Part shown: one piece after another, positions 10,364 to 20,545 of the stretch
Layout: every line of letters begins with the position of its first letter
Position numbering within the stretch: position 1 is the stretch's first letter
From: an uncultured Pseudomonadota bacterium
Lineage (GTDB): Bacteria > Myxococcota_A > Polyangia > Fen-1088
NCBI GenBank assembly: GCA_963779495.1
Contig: CAVZYM010000004.1
Coordinates: 25,497-89,496 of the forward strand
Length of the DNA stretch: 64,000 bases
Direction of reading: 5' to 3'
The notes under the pieces: generated by a model
What the model was told of the DNA's origin: nothing
Database searches by the model: none
The model's input: only the letters and a program-made list of their open reading frames with translations
Program-made: the position numbers and the translations under genes

Positions 10364-11321
10364 AACGGTCTGGCTGGTCTCGCCGGTCTACTTCGACGTC
10401 GAGTCGTACCTGCGCCTGCGCGACAACGTGCGCGCCGCGCTGGCGCCCAGCGGCGTCGTGCTGAAGTTCGTGGCGATCGACGACACGGCCGGCGCTGACC
10501 TCGCCGTACGGAGCCTGGAGACGATGCCCGACCAGCGGGTGATCACGCCGCCGTTCTCGCTGGGCCACCAGCGCGGGTTGGTGTTCGGTCTGCGGCAGCT
10601 GTCGGCGGACATCGACGAGCGGGACATGGTCGTGACCCTCGACGCCGACGGCGAGGACCAACCCGAGGACCTGCCGCGGTTGCTGGCCCCCCTCGGCGAA
10701 GCCGACGCCTCACTGCGCACGGTCGCCGTCGCCGCCCGCACCCGGCGCCGGGAGACGCTGCCATTCAAGGTCCTGTACTTCTTCTTCAAGAACTTCTTCC
10801 GCCTGCTGACCGGGACGATCATCCAGTCGGGGAACTACGCCGCCTATCGTGGCTGGCTGACCCGCAACGTGCTGTTTCATCCGCACTTCGACCTCGCCTA
10901 TTCCTCCAGCCTGCTGAGCCTCGGCCTCAACATCCGCCGCGTCCCGTGCGAGCGCGGGCGCCGCTACGCCGGCGTGTCCAAGATGACCTACGTGAAGCTG
11001 ATCCAGCACGGCCTGCGCATGCTGATGCCGTTCGCCGATCGGATCGCCACCCGGGGGCTGGTGATCTTCTCGATGCTGTGCGGGCTGGGGATCGTCGGCG
11101 CGACGCTGCTGCTGGCGCTCAAGCTGTCGGGGCGGGTCGATTCGCCCGGGTGGGCCTTCTATGCCATCTGCACCGGCACGCTGCTGTGCGCGCTGGCGGC
11201 GGTCTGCATGGTGATCGTCTTCGCGCTGTTCGTGCAGGCGCAGAGCCTGTCGCTGGCCCGGCTGGACAGCTCGTCCCGCGACGGCGAGCTCGACCGCCCG
11301 CGCGCCGCCTCGGCCCGCTGA
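10353..11321 (+). CDS. GT2 family glycosyltransferase (GtrB/DPM synthase-like) with two C-terminal TM helices
   Basis: VSPVYFD, IDDTAG, LGHQRGLVFGL, VTLDADGEDQPEDLPRL, RRYAGVSKM; two terminal hydrophobic helices. Confidence 0.8.
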   Translation: MPSETVWLVSPVYFDVESYLRLRDNVRAALAPSGVVLKFVAIDDTAGADLAVRSLETMPDQRVITPPFSLGHQRGLVFGLRQLSADIDERDMVVTLDADGEDQPEDLPRLLAPLGEADASLRTVAVAARTRRRETLPFKVLYFFFKNFFRLLTGTIIQSGNYAAYRGWLTRNVLFHPHFDLAYSSSLLSLGLNIRRVPCERGRRYAGVSKMTYVKLIQHGLRMLMPFADRIATRGLVIFSMLCGLGIVGATLLLALKLSGRVDSPGWAFYAICTGTLLCALAAVCMVIVFALFVQAQSLSLARLDSSSRDGELDRPRAASAR

Positions 11322-11326
11322 CGCGA

Positions 11327-11408
11327 ATCGTGTTGGGGGAGGACGAGCTCTGCTCGTCCGAGCCCGTCGCGGGAGGTTCGGAACCCGTCCGCGGGTTCTG
11401 AAGTCGAA
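11327..11408 (+). repeat. Two-hairpin intergenic repeat, copy 1 (diverged)
   Basis: ATCGTGTTGGGGGAG-GACGAGC tct GCTCGTCC-GAGCCCGTCGCGGGAGG..CGGAACCC gtccgc GGGTTCTGA..TCGA; aligns with the copies at 21512, 32237 and 56725. Confidence 0.8.
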
Positions 11409-11410
11409 GC

Positions 11411-12307
<897 letters not shown>

Positions 12308-12322
12308 GACGCAGCCGAGAGT

Positions 12323-12934
12323 TTACTCGCTGGGAGCGGCCGGCGCAGGCGCAGCCGCAGGTGCGGCTCCTTCGGCCGGCGCTTCGGTCTTGGGGGCACG
12401 CTTGCGCTTGCGCGGCGCGGCGGGCGTCTCGGTCGCTCCGGCCCCTTCAGCCGGTTTTGCGGCCGGCTTTGCGGTCTCGCCCTTCGTCTCCCCCTTCGTG
12501 GCCTTGGTTGGCTTGGTGTCGGCCGGGGCAGGCGTGGTCGTGCCGCCGGGCGCCGCTGCCGGCGCCCCTGCGGGGGCCTCGGGCGGCTTGGCCTGGGGCG
12601 TCTGTGCCTTCTCGAGCTCGGTCTTGAGCTTGGCGGCGCGCTCCTCGTCGGCCTTCTTTTCGGTCGCCTTCTTCTCCGCCAGGCGCTGCAGGCGCTTGGA
12701 GTCCTGCTGGCTCGAGTAGTGGGCGAGGCCGAGCGAGGTGAGGAGGAAGATGACCGCGGTGATCGACGTCAGTCGGGTCAGGAAGTTTCCCGCGCCCGAG
12801 GAGCCGAATACCGTCTGACTGCCCCCGCCACCGAAGGCGATCCCCATGCCGCCGCCCTTACCGGCCTGCAGCAGCACGACCAGGATCAGGAACAGACAGA
12901 CCGCAATGTGAACAATCGTAAGGAATGTGATCAT
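12323..12934 (-). CDS. secG: Preprotein translocase SecG with long Ala/Pro/Lys-rich C-terminal tail
   Basis: LVVLLQAGKGGGMGIAFGGGGSQTVFGSSGAGNFLTRLT; position after tpiA. Confidence 0.9.
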   Translation of the reverse strand: MITFLTIVHIAVCLFLILVVLLQAGKGGGMGIAFGGGGSQTVFGSSGAGNFLTRLTSITAVIFLLTSLGLAHYSSQQDSKRLQRLAEKKATEKKADEERAAKLKTELEKAQTPQAKPPEAPAGAPAAAPGGTTTPAPADTKPTKATKGETKGETAKPAAKPAEGAGATETPAAPRKRKRAPKTEAPAEGAAPAAAPAPAAPSE

Positions 12935-13710
12935 GACGTCGAATCCGACTTTCTACCTGCTTGCACGAGGCGGACGAAAGTTTCTGCCACCAGCGACGCG
13001 CCGCCGACCAATCCGCCGTCGACGTCTTCCTCCGCCATCAGAGCGCGGACGTTGTCAGGTTTCATGCTTCCGCCGTAGAGGATACGCAACCGGGGCGCAA
13101 CCGCGGCAGCCCGCGCGGCGATCCGGGTGCGAATGAAACGATGCACCTCCTGCGCCTGGGCCGGGGTGGCGTTTCGCCCGGTCCCGATGGCCCATACCGG
13201 CTCGTAGGCGATCACCACCTTCTCGAGATCCGCATCGGTCATCTCGGCCACCGCGGCGTCGATCTGCGCCTGGATCCGCCCGAGGGTCTCGCCCGCGTCG
13301 CGCTCGGCCAACGTCTCGCCGACGCAGATGATCGGGGTGAGGCCGGCGCGCAGCGCGGCGCGCGCCTTCAGGTTGACCGCCGCGTCCAGCTCGCCGAACA
13401 GCTGCCGCCGCTCCGAGTGGCCGAGGATGACGTAGCGGCACCCGGCGTCGACGAGCTGCGCGGGGGCGACTTCACCCGTGAAGGCACCCTTGTCCTCCCA
13501 GAAGCAGTCCTGGGCCGCCAGCGCGACCGGACCGTCCTCGAGTCGCTTGGCGACGGCGTGCAGGGCGGTGAAGCTCGGCGCCACCGCGACGTCGACGTCG
13601 CGCCAGGTGGCGACGCCGTTACGCACCTCCGCCGCCAGCGTCAACGACTCGCTGATCGAGCCGTTCAGCTTCCAGTTACCGCAGAAAAGTGGGCGTCGTG
13701 CGCCAGACAT
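12931..13710 (-). CDS. tpiA: Triosephosphate isomerase
   Basis: [54 protein letters not shown]; start ATG 13710. Confidence 0.97.
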   Translation of the reverse strand: MSGARRPLFCGNWKLNGSISESLTLAAEVRNGVATWRDVDVAVAPSFTALHAVAKRLEDGPVALAAQDCFWEDKGAFTGEVAPAQLVDAGCRYVILGHSERRQLFGELDAAVNLKARAALRAGLTPIICVGETLAERDAGETLGRIQAQIDAAVAEMTDADLEKVVIAYEPVWAIGTGRNATPAQAQEVHRFIRTRIAARAAAVAPRLRILYGGSMKPDNVRALMAEEDVDGGLVGGASLVAETFVRLVQAGRKSDSTS

Positions 13711-13747
13711 TCCATCAACCTTTCGTTCTACTTCGCGACCTTCGCGA

Positions 13748-14932
13748 TCAACTTTCGAGAGCGGCCAGGCCGGGGAGCTTCTTCCCCTCGAGGAACTCGA
13801 GCGACGCGCCACCGCCGGTCGAGATATGGGTGATCTTGTCGGCGACTCCGCTCTTGCGCACCGCCGCGACCGAGTCGCCACCGCCGACGACCGACAGCGC
13901 ACCCGGCGCGCCGGCGACGGCGTTGGCCACCGCCAGAGTCCCGGCCGCGAACGGCGGTGACTCGAACACGCCCATCGGGCCGTTCCAGAAGATCGTCTTG
14001 GCGCGGGCGATCGTGTCGGCGAAGCCGCGCGCCGTCTCCGGGCCGATGTCGAGCGCCGCCAGATCCTCGGGCACCGCGTTGCCGGGCACCACCTTGCCCG
14101 ATTCGGACCTGATGCCGGCGGCCGCCACCACGTCGCGCGGCAGCAGGATGTCGACGTTCTTCAGCTCGGCTGCCTTCAGAAACGAACGGGCGAGGGCGAG
14201 CTTGTCCTCCTCGATCAGCGACCGTCCGAGCTTGCCGCCCTTGGCCTTGAGGAAGGTGTTCGCCATCGCACCACCGATCAGGAGCTGATCGACGCGGTCG
14301 AGCAGGTTCTCGAGGACCGCAAGCTTGTCGGAGACCTTCGCGCCGCCGATGATTGCCACGAACGGCCGAGCGACCTCGCCGAGGAGCTGCCCGAGGAATT
14401 TCACCTCGCGCTCCATCAGGAGCCCCATCCCCTTGTGGGTGACGAACTTCGCGATGCCGGCGGTCGACGCGTGCGCACGGTGCGCAGTGCCGAACGCATC
14501 GTTCACGTAGACATCCGCATAGCTGGCCAGGGCCCGCGCGAAACCCTCGTCGTTCGCCTCCTCGGCGGGGGAGAAACGCAGGTTCTCGAGCAGCGCGACG
14601 GCACCCGCGTGCAGATCGTTGACGACCTTTCGGGCTCCGTCACCGACCGGCTCGTCGGTCAGGGCCACGTCGGCGCCGAGCAGCTCGGCGAGCCGCGCCG
14701 CGACCGGTTCCAGCGTGAACTGCTTGTCGGGCTTGCCGTTGGGGCGACCGAGGTGCGACGCGAGCACGACGCGGGCACCGCGTTCGATCGCCGACTGGAT
14801 GGTCGGCAGGCTTTCGCGGATCCGGGTGTCGTCGGAGACGGCACCCGTCGGCGTCAACGGAACGTTGAAGTCCACCCGGATGAAGACGCGCCGGCCGGAG
14901 ACGTCCAGGTCGTTGAAGGAGTTGATCGCCAT
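13748..14932 (-). CDS. pgk: Phosphoglycerate kinase
   Basis: RVFIRVDFNVP, SHLGRP, LLENLRF, VNDAFGTAHRAHAS, IGGAKVSDK, IFWNGPMGVFE, HISTGGGASLEFLEG; start ATG 14932. Confidence 0.97.
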   Translation of the reverse strand: MAINSFNDLDVSGRRVFIRVDFNVPLTPTGAVSDDTRIRESLPTIQSAIERGARVVLASHLGRPNGKPDKQFTLEPVAARLAELLGADVALTDEPVGDGARKVVNDLHAGAVALLENLRFSPAEEANDEGFARALASYADVYVNDAFGTAHRAHASTAGIAKFVTHKGMGLLMEREVKFLGQLLGEVARPFVAIIGGAKVSDKLAVLENLLDRVDQLLIGGAMANTFLKAKGGKLGRSLIEEDKLALARSFLKAAELKNVDILLPRDVVAAAGIRSESGKVVPGNAVPEDLAALDIGPETARGFADTIARAKTIFWNGPMGVFESPPFAAGTLAVANAVAGAPGALSVVGGGDSVAAVRKSGVADKITHISTGGGASLEFLEGKKLPGLAALES

Positions 14933-14980
14933 TTTCGCTCGCCCCTCGAAACGCCCCGGGCGCTTGGGAAAAACGCGGAC

Positions 14981-15010
14981 AAAAAAAAGCGCGCCCGGGT
15001 CGGGGCGCGC
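14981..15010 (-). terminator. Intrinsic terminator-like hairpin about 50 nt upstream of pgk
   Basis: Minus strand GCGCGCCC-CGACCC-GGGCGCGC followed by TTTTTTTT. Confidence 0.7.
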
Positions 15011-15044
15011 GGAAGAATGCTTTAAGAGAGGCGCGATTGCTAGC

Positions 15045-15082
15045 AAAAAACCCGTCGCCGGCTTGCGCACGCGCGACGGGTT
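15045..15082 (-). terminator. Intrinsic terminator after the 73-aa ORF
   Basis: Minus strand AACCCGTCGC...GCGACGGGTT continuing into a T-tract, 17 nt after the stop at 15099. Confidence 0.65.
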
Positions 15083-15098
15083 GGGATGAAACGAAAGG

Positions 15099-15320
15099 CT
15101 AGTCCAGGGGACCGAGATCAGTGGTGACGAGGCTGATGATCTCGGTTGCGAGCGACACGATCTGCTTCGGCTCGTAGCCGTTCTCGCGGAGCTCCTTGTA
15201 GATCGACTTGGACAGGATCTGAAGCGCCTTTTCTCGGTTCGGATCAACGGACCGAATGGCCGGGGTGGGACTCGCTGACTTGGCAGAAATCGGTGACGTT
15301 TGGGTTGCGGCGTGAGCCAT
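15099..15320 (-). CDS. Small hypothetical protein (73 aa)
   Basis: Strong RBS GGAGGAGG before ATG 15320; helical C-terminus NREKALQILSKSIYKELRENGYEPKQIVSLATEIISLVTTDL; flanked by its own promoter and terminator. Confidence 0.75.
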   Translation of the reverse strand: MAHAATQTSPISAKSASPTPAIRSVDPNREKALQILSKSIYKELRENGYEPKQIVSLATEIISLVTTDLGPLD

Positions 15321-15355
15321 GTAGAACCCTCCTCCCAGAAGGTCGGCGCGTTCTT

Positions 15356-15372
15356 TAGCACGGGATGTGCCA
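15356..15372 (-). promoter_or_regulatory. Sigma54 (-24/-12) promoter
   Basis: Minus strand TGGCAC-ATCCC-GTGCT matches TGGCAC-N5-TTGCW at one mismatch with exact GG-N10-GC spacing, about 35 nt before the 73-aa ORF start. Confidence 0.7.
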
Positions 15373-15387
15373 GCTGGCGTGGCCATA

Positions 15388-15400
15388 TAACTCATTGAAA
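15388..15400 (-). promoter_or_regulatory. IHF-like binding site upstream of the sigma54 promoter
   Basis: Minus strand TTTCAATGAGTTA versus consensus WATCAANNNNTTR (1 mismatch), in an AT-rich island. Confidence 0.5.
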
Positions 15401-15646
15401 TCACGGTTAACTGTTTAGAAACAATCGGAGCAACCGCGAAGTGATCTACGCACCTGCGGAGCGGGCGGAACGCGCTGCGGAGCGGGACGCTGCGTGTTTT
15501 CCCGTCGATAAACTGTCGCATGGGTGTCACGGCCGAGAAAACCGCCCGACGCGCGCCCGCCGTCGAGGTGCGAAACCGGCTTTGCAGGTGCCGGACCTGA
15601 TCCGTTGTCGAATCAGGCTGCTAGACTATCTGGCGCGAGGTTCACC

Positions 15647-16696
15647 GTGGATAAAGAGCTCTCGGTCGAGGTCGCGTACCTGATCAATGGCGCCGTCGCG
15701 TCGGAGCGCCGGTTGTCGCGTAGGGGTGAGTGGCGTGCGGGTGCTTCCGCGTTCCTGTCGGTCGCGGCGCTCGCCTCGGCGGCCGCAGCGGCGGTCGCCT
15801 TGGCGCTGCTCGCGGCCCACCGCATCGTCTATGGCCCGGCCTATCTGGCCGTGTGGCTCGTCGTCGGGCTCGGGGCGGCGACGCTGGCGGCCCGCCGGGC
15901 GGTGCGCCGCGCGCGCAGCTTTCGCGTCGGGGCGGCCATCGACGACGATGCGTTCTCTGCGGTGGCGCTGCCGCTGGTCCGGGGTACGCCTGCCGGCTAC
16001 CGTTTGACGCTGGCGCCCGGATTCACGGGACGCATCGAAGGGGGACGCGCGCCGCTGCCGGTCGAGGCCCTCGCGCGCGAGGGGGTCAAGGAGGTCGCTC
16101 TGCCGGCGGGCACCCGTGCGGAGCTGCACCTCGGCGCGGCGACGTTTGCGATCCGGGTGTTGCCCGATGCCGGAGCGACGCCTGCGCTTCCGCAGGGGGT
16201 CGTGCGTCGCCTGGCGCGGTCGGCGCTCTTGCCGATGGAGCTGGCAGCGCTGGCCAGCGTCCTGTGCGCCGTGCCGGTCGGGGCGCAGCTCAGCGAGTCC
16301 GATATGAAGTCGGCCATCCCTGCGCATTCCACGCCCTGGGAGATCGAGAAGCTGCTTCGCGCGGAGGCCCAGACGCAGGCGCGGTCGCTTCACCAGTGCT
16401 TCGACGTCCTGCCGATCTCTTGCCAGCGTTCGGGCTACGTCGGGATCGGGTTGTCGCTGTCTCGCGAGGGCGAGATCAGGTCGCACTGGATCGCGCGGTC
16501 CACCTTCGGGGCCGACTGCCCGGTCAATCAGTGCATGTCCGACGTGATCGGAAACTGGTACTTCGAGCCGCTTCCCGAGTCGATGAAGGTGATCCTTCCG
16601 GTGCAGGTGTTGCGCACCGACAGACCGCTGCCGTTCGGTCCGGCGCGCGCCGCGGCGGACGTGGAGCGGAACCGGCTGCGCGTGGGAGTCGATTGA
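15647..16696 (+). CDS. Membrane protein with AgmX/PglI-type (TonB-C-like) C-terminal domain
   Basis: Likely start GTG 15647; TM helices; C-terminus LHQCFD...GYVGIGLSLSREGEIRSHWIARSTFGADCPVNQCMSDVIGNWYFEP. Confidence 0.55.
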   Translation: MDKELSVEVAYLINGAVASERRLSRRGEWRAGASAFLSVAALASAAAAAVALALLAAHRIVYGPAYLAVWLVVGLGAATLAARRAVRRARSFRVGAAIDDDAFSAVALPLVRGTPAGYRLTLAPGFTGRIEGGRAPLPVEALAREGVKEVALPAGTRAELHLGAATFAIRVLPDAGATPALPQGVVRRLARSALLPMELAALASVLCAVPVGAQLSESDMKSAIPAHSTPWEIEKLLRAEAQTQARSLHQCFDVLPISCQRSGYVGIGLSLSREGEIRSHWIARSTFGADCPVNQCMSDVIGNWYFEPLPESMKVILPVQVLRTDRPLPFGPARAAADVERNRLRVGVD

Positions 16697-17001
16697 GCGA
16701 CGCCAACGACCCGGACGCGCGCCGGCGCGCCATCGAGCTCCTCGAAGCCAACCACCAGTTCCCGGGCGACTTCTCGCTGTCGGTGATCGCGCGCAATGAC
16801 GAGGCGGTCACGGCGGCCGTCCTGGCGGCGGCGAGCGTCGGTTCCGAGAAGCCATTCGAGGCCGACGCCCACGAGCGGAAGCCGTCCGCTGGTGGCAAGT
16901 ACGTCAGCCACCGCCTGATCGTGTTCGTGCCGACGGCGGACGCCGTGCTGGATCTCTACGCGCGCCTGCGGGCGGTCGACGGCGTCATCACCGCGCTGTA
17001 G
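16693..17001 (+). CDS. DUF493/YbeD-like ACT-fold protein
   Basis: TTG start overlapping the upstream stop; ELLEANHQFPGDF, SAGGKYVS, LYARLRAVDGV. Confidence 0.75.
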   Translation: MSDANDPDARRRAIELLEANHQFPGDFSLSVIARNDEAVTAAVLAAASVGSEKPFEADAHERKPSAGGKYVSHRLIVFVPTADAVLDLYARLRAVDGVITAL

Positions 17002-17048
17002 CCGCTCCCGCGCGAAGCGCGGGTGTGCGGCTATTCGAGAGATGCGCG

Positions 17049-18695
17049 CTAGGCTAGCTCGTCGCGCCAGCGACGTGAGCGCGCGACGTCGGCCTCGTAG
17101 TCCGCGACGGCCTGGGTGCGGCGCTGGTCGTCCCATCCGAGCTCGTCGGCCAGGATGGCGGCCGTGCGCGCGGCCGCGCCGAGCCCCTGGTCGCGGGCGT
17201 CGCGGTAGAGCGGGACACGGCGGGTCAGCACGTCGGCGAGCGAGCGGGCGTGCTCGCGGCGGACGGCCTGGACGACCTCGGCCCAGACATAAGGCAACTC
17301 GGGGTCGATCCGGTGCGCGAGCCCGGGGGCGGCGTCGAGCAGCCCCAACGGCTCGGTGACGCGGGCACCGTAGGCGTGGGCCAATCGGTCGGTCACGTCG
17401 GCGTCGAGCCCGCGCGCGGCGAGCTCGGTCGGCGGCGGTCCTCCCCCGGGCAGCGCCCTCGTGGCGGTCGTGCAGGGGGTGGTCGGACGTTCGAAGCCGG
17501 CCGCAGCGAGGGCGCCGAGCGCGACGTCGACGGTCGCCTCGCCCATCCGCCGCAACGTCGTCAGCTTGCCGCCTGCCACGACGATGACGCCGTCGGGCTC
17601 GCGGACGATGTCGTGCTCCCGCGACGTCTCCGATGGGGTGTGGGCCGACGTCGCGAGGAGCGGTCGCAACGCTGCGAAGGTGGACAGCACGTCGCCGGGC
17701 CCGAGGCGCAGCGGCGGAAAGGCGTGGTTGGCGGCCTCCAGCAAATACCTGACGTCACCGCCGCGGGCGCGGATGTCGTCGTCGAGCCGCGGCGGCTGAT
17801 CCCCGATCTGGTCGGTGTCGGTCGTGCCGATGATCGTGCGGGGTCCGCAAGGGAGGGCGAAGAACAGCCGGTTGTCGCGCGGCGAGCGAAGCACCAGCGC
17901 GCGTCCGCCGTGGGGCACGCGCGCAGCGTCGAAGACCACGTGCACCCCCAGGGTCGGGCGAAGGCGGTGGCGGTGGCCGGGCAGGAAACTATCGGTGAAG
18001 GGCCCGGTCGCGCTCACGACCAGGGAGGCGTCGACGTCGATACGGGCGCCCGTCTCACGATCGCTGAGCGTCGCGCCGCGAACCCGCCCGCGCCGATCGC
18101 GCCTCAGCGCCCCGGCGGCGACGTGGTTGGCGACCGTCGCGCCCGCGAGCTCCGCGTCCAGGACGTGCTCGAGGACCAGCCGCGCGTCGTCGGTCTGGCA
18201 GTCGACGTACGCCTCCGCGCCCGCGAGCCCCGCGCTGCGCAGGGTGGGAACCAGTCGATGGAGCTGGCGCGGATCGAGGTGCCGCCGCCGGGCCGGCGGC
18301 CGCCAGAGCGCCAGCGCGTTGTAGAGCGCGATGCCGATGCCCAGGGTCGCGAGGCCAGGGCGTTCCCCCACGTATCCCGGGAACAGGAACTCGATCGGCC
18401 GGCAGAGGTGCGGCGCGATGCGCATCAGGTTGCGCCGCTCGGTCAGCCCCTCGAACACGAGCTTGAGGTCCCCGTACTGCAGGTAGCGCAGCCCCCCGTG
18501 GATCAACTTCGACGACCCGCTGGAGGTGGCTCCGGCGAAGTCGCCCGCGTCGACGAGCGCGACCTCCAAGCCGCGCAAGGCGGCATCGCGCGCGGCGGCG
18601 GCGCCGGTGGCCCCGCCGCCGACGATCAACAGATCGAAGTGGCGGTCACCCAGCCGGGCGAGCGTCTCCGCCCGGCGCGCGCCGACCGCCGTCAT
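17049..18695 (-). CDS. glpD: FAD-dependent glycerol-3-phosphate dehydrogenase
   Basis: DLLIVGGGATG, DFAGATSSGSSKLIHGGLRYL, DDARL, IIGTTDTD, AALRPL, AGGKLTTLRRMGE; start ATG 18695. Confidence 0.92.
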   Translation of the reverse strand: MTAVGARRAETLARLGDRHFDLLIVGGGATGAAAARDAALRGLEVALVDAGDFAGATSSGSSKLIHGGLRYLQYGDLKLVFEGLTERRNLMRIAPHLCRPIEFLFPGYVGERPGLATLGIGIALYNALALWRPPARRRHLDPRQLHRLVPTLRSAGLAGAEAYVDCQTDDARLVLEHVLDAELAGATVANHVAAGALRRDRRGRVRGATLSDRETGARIDVDASLVVSATGPFTDSFLPGHRHRLRPTLGVHVVFDAARVPHGGRALVLRSPRDNRLFFALPCGPRTIIGTTDTDQIGDQPPRLDDDIRARGGDVRYLLEAANHAFPPLRLGPGDVLSTFAALRPLLATSAHTPSETSREHDIVREPDGVIVVAGGKLTTLRRMGEATVDVALGALAAAGFERPTTPCTTATRALPGGGPPPTELAARGLDADVTDRLAHAYGARVTEPLGLLDAAPGLAHRIDPELPYVWAEVVQAVRREHARSLADVLTRRVPLYRDARDQGLGAAARTAAILADELGWDDQRRTQAVADYEADVARSRRWRDELA

Positions 18696-20485
18696 TCCTT
18701 GAGGGCGATGTGCAGCTCGTCGAGCTGACGCCGCGCAACCGGGCCGGGGGCCTCGGTCAGCAGATCGGTCCCCTTCTGCGTCTTCGGGAACGCGATCACG
18801 TCGCGCAGCGAGTCGGCGCCACACAGGAGCATCGCCAGGCGGTCGAGGCCGGCGGCGATCCCGCCGTGGGGAGGCGGACCGAACTTGAACGCCTCCAGCA
18901 GGAAGCCGAACTTCGTTTTCGCATCCTCGTCGCTGAGACCGAGGGCGCGAAACACCCGCGCTTGCACGTCGGGACGATGGATCCGGATCGACCCGCCGGC
19001 GATCTCGTTGCCGTTCAGCACCAGATCGTAGGCGCGCGCGCGGACCGATCCGGGATCGCTCTCCAGCCGCTCGAGGTCGGCCGGGTTGGGCAATGTGAAG
19101 GGATGGTGCGCGGCGACCAGGTGTCCGTCGTCGGCGGTCTCGAACAGCGGGAAGTCGACGACCCAGCAGAACCGCCAGCCCCCCTTCGGGATCAGATCGA
19201 GCTTGCCGGCCAGGTGCAGGCGCAGACCGCCCAGCACCGCGTTGACCAGCTTCTTGGTCCCGAATTGCAGGAAGAGAAGGTCGCCGTCGCCGAGCCCGGC
19301 CGCCTCGTTGATCGCGCGGCGCAGGTCGTCCGTCATCGTCTTCATCGGGCTCTGCGCCCAGGTGCCGTCGGCGCCGATCCGCGCCCGCGCCAGTCCGCGC
19401 GCGCCGAACCCCTTGGCGAACTCCTCCAGCTTGTCGAGATCCGCGCGCGAAAGCGACTTGGCCTGCGCCGCCGGCAGCCGCCAGCCCTTCACGATCCCGC
19501 CGGGGGTCTTCACCGCCGACTGCAGGAGGCCGACGCCTCCGCCGTCGTGGCGGGTGACGACCTCGGTGAGATCGATGAGCGGGAGGTCGAAGCGCAGGTC
19601 GGGCTTGTCGGAGCCGTACTTCTCCATCGCCTCGGCGTAGGTCAGCCGCTGGAAGGGGCGGGGGATGTCGATCCCGAGGACGTCCTTCCAGAGCGCCACC
19701 ATCAGCCCCTCGACGATGTCCTGAACGTCCTCCTCGGTGACGAAGCTCATCTCCAGATCGATCTGGGTGAACTCGGGCTGGCGATCGAGGCGCAGGTCCT
19801 CGTCGCGGAAGCAGCGCACGATCTGGAAGTAGCGGTCCATCCCGGCGACCATGAACAGCTGCTTGAAGATCTGCGGCGATTCGGCGAGCGCGTAGAACTG
19901 GCCGGCGTTCTGCCGCGACGGCACCAGGAAGTTACGGGCGCCCCCCGGCGTGTACTTCACCATGAACGGGGTCTCGATCTCGGCGAAGCCGTTACCGGCC
20001 AGGTGACGGCGCGCCGTCTGATAGATCGTGGAGCGCACCAGGAAGTTCTTCTGCAGGGCCGGCCGCCGCAGGTCCAGGTAGCGGTGCTTGAGCCGTACGG
20101 TCTCGTTGGAATCGTCGTCGGCGCTGAGCTCGAACGGGGGCGTCTCCGAGACCGAGAAGATCGTCAGGTCGTCGGCCGCGATCTCGACGTCGCCGGTTCC
20201 GAGCTTGGGGTTCTTGTGGCCGCCGCGCTCGCGGACGACGCCGGCGATGCCGATGCAGTACTCGCGCCGCAGCTCACTCGAGCGGGCGTGGGCGTCGGCG
20301 CCGGCCTCGGGCTCGAAGACCACCTGGGTGATGCCGCCGCGATCGCGCAGATCGATGAACACGCAGCCGCCGTGATCGCGGCGGGCATGAACCCAGCCGA
20401 AGAGCACGACGCGCTTGCCGGCGTCGCCGGCGCGGAGCGCGCCGCAGTCGTGAGTGCGTTTCAGGTCGGTCATGAACTCGGGCAT
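18692..20485 (-). CDS. aspS: Aspartate--tRNA ligase
   Basis: KRTHDCGALR, FIDLRDRGG, RLKHRYLDLRR, TPGGARNFLVPSR, YFQIVRCFRDEDLRLDRQPEFTQIDLEMSF, PPHGGIAAGLDRL, IAFPKT. Confidence 0.98.
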   Translation of the reverse strand: MPEFMTDLKRTHDCGALRAGDAGKRVVLFGWVHARRDHGGCVFIDLRDRGGITQVVFEPEAGADAHARSSELRREYCIGIAGVVRERGGHKNPKLGTGDVEIAADDLTIFSVSETPPFELSADDDSNETVRLKHRYLDLRRPALQKNFLVRSTIYQTARRHLAGNGFAEIETPFMVKYTPGGARNFLVPSRQNAGQFYALAESPQIFKQLFMVAGMDRYFQIVRCFRDEDLRLDRQPEFTQIDLEMSFVTEEDVQDIVEGLMVALWKDVLGIDIPRPFQRLTYAEAMEKYGSDKPDLRFDLPLIDLTEVVTRHDGGGVGLLQSAVKTPGGIVKGWRLPAAQAKSLSRADLDKLEEFAKGFGARGLARARIGADGTWAQSPMKTMTDDLRRAINEAAGLGDGDLLFLQFGTKKLVNAVLGGLRLHLAGKLDLIPKGGWRFCWVVDFPLFETADDGHLVAAHHPFTLPNPADLERLESDPGSVRARAYDLVLNGNEIAGGSIRIHRPDVQARVFRALGLSDEDAKTKFGFLLEAFKFGPPPHGGIAAGLDRLAMLLCGADSLRDVIAFPKTQKGTDLLTEAPGPVARRQLDELHIALKE

Positions 20486-20545
20486 GGCCGGGAACTGTAG
20501 CTGCTACCTTCTCCGCGCGCGAGTTCGTGTTAGCTTGACGAGGAA

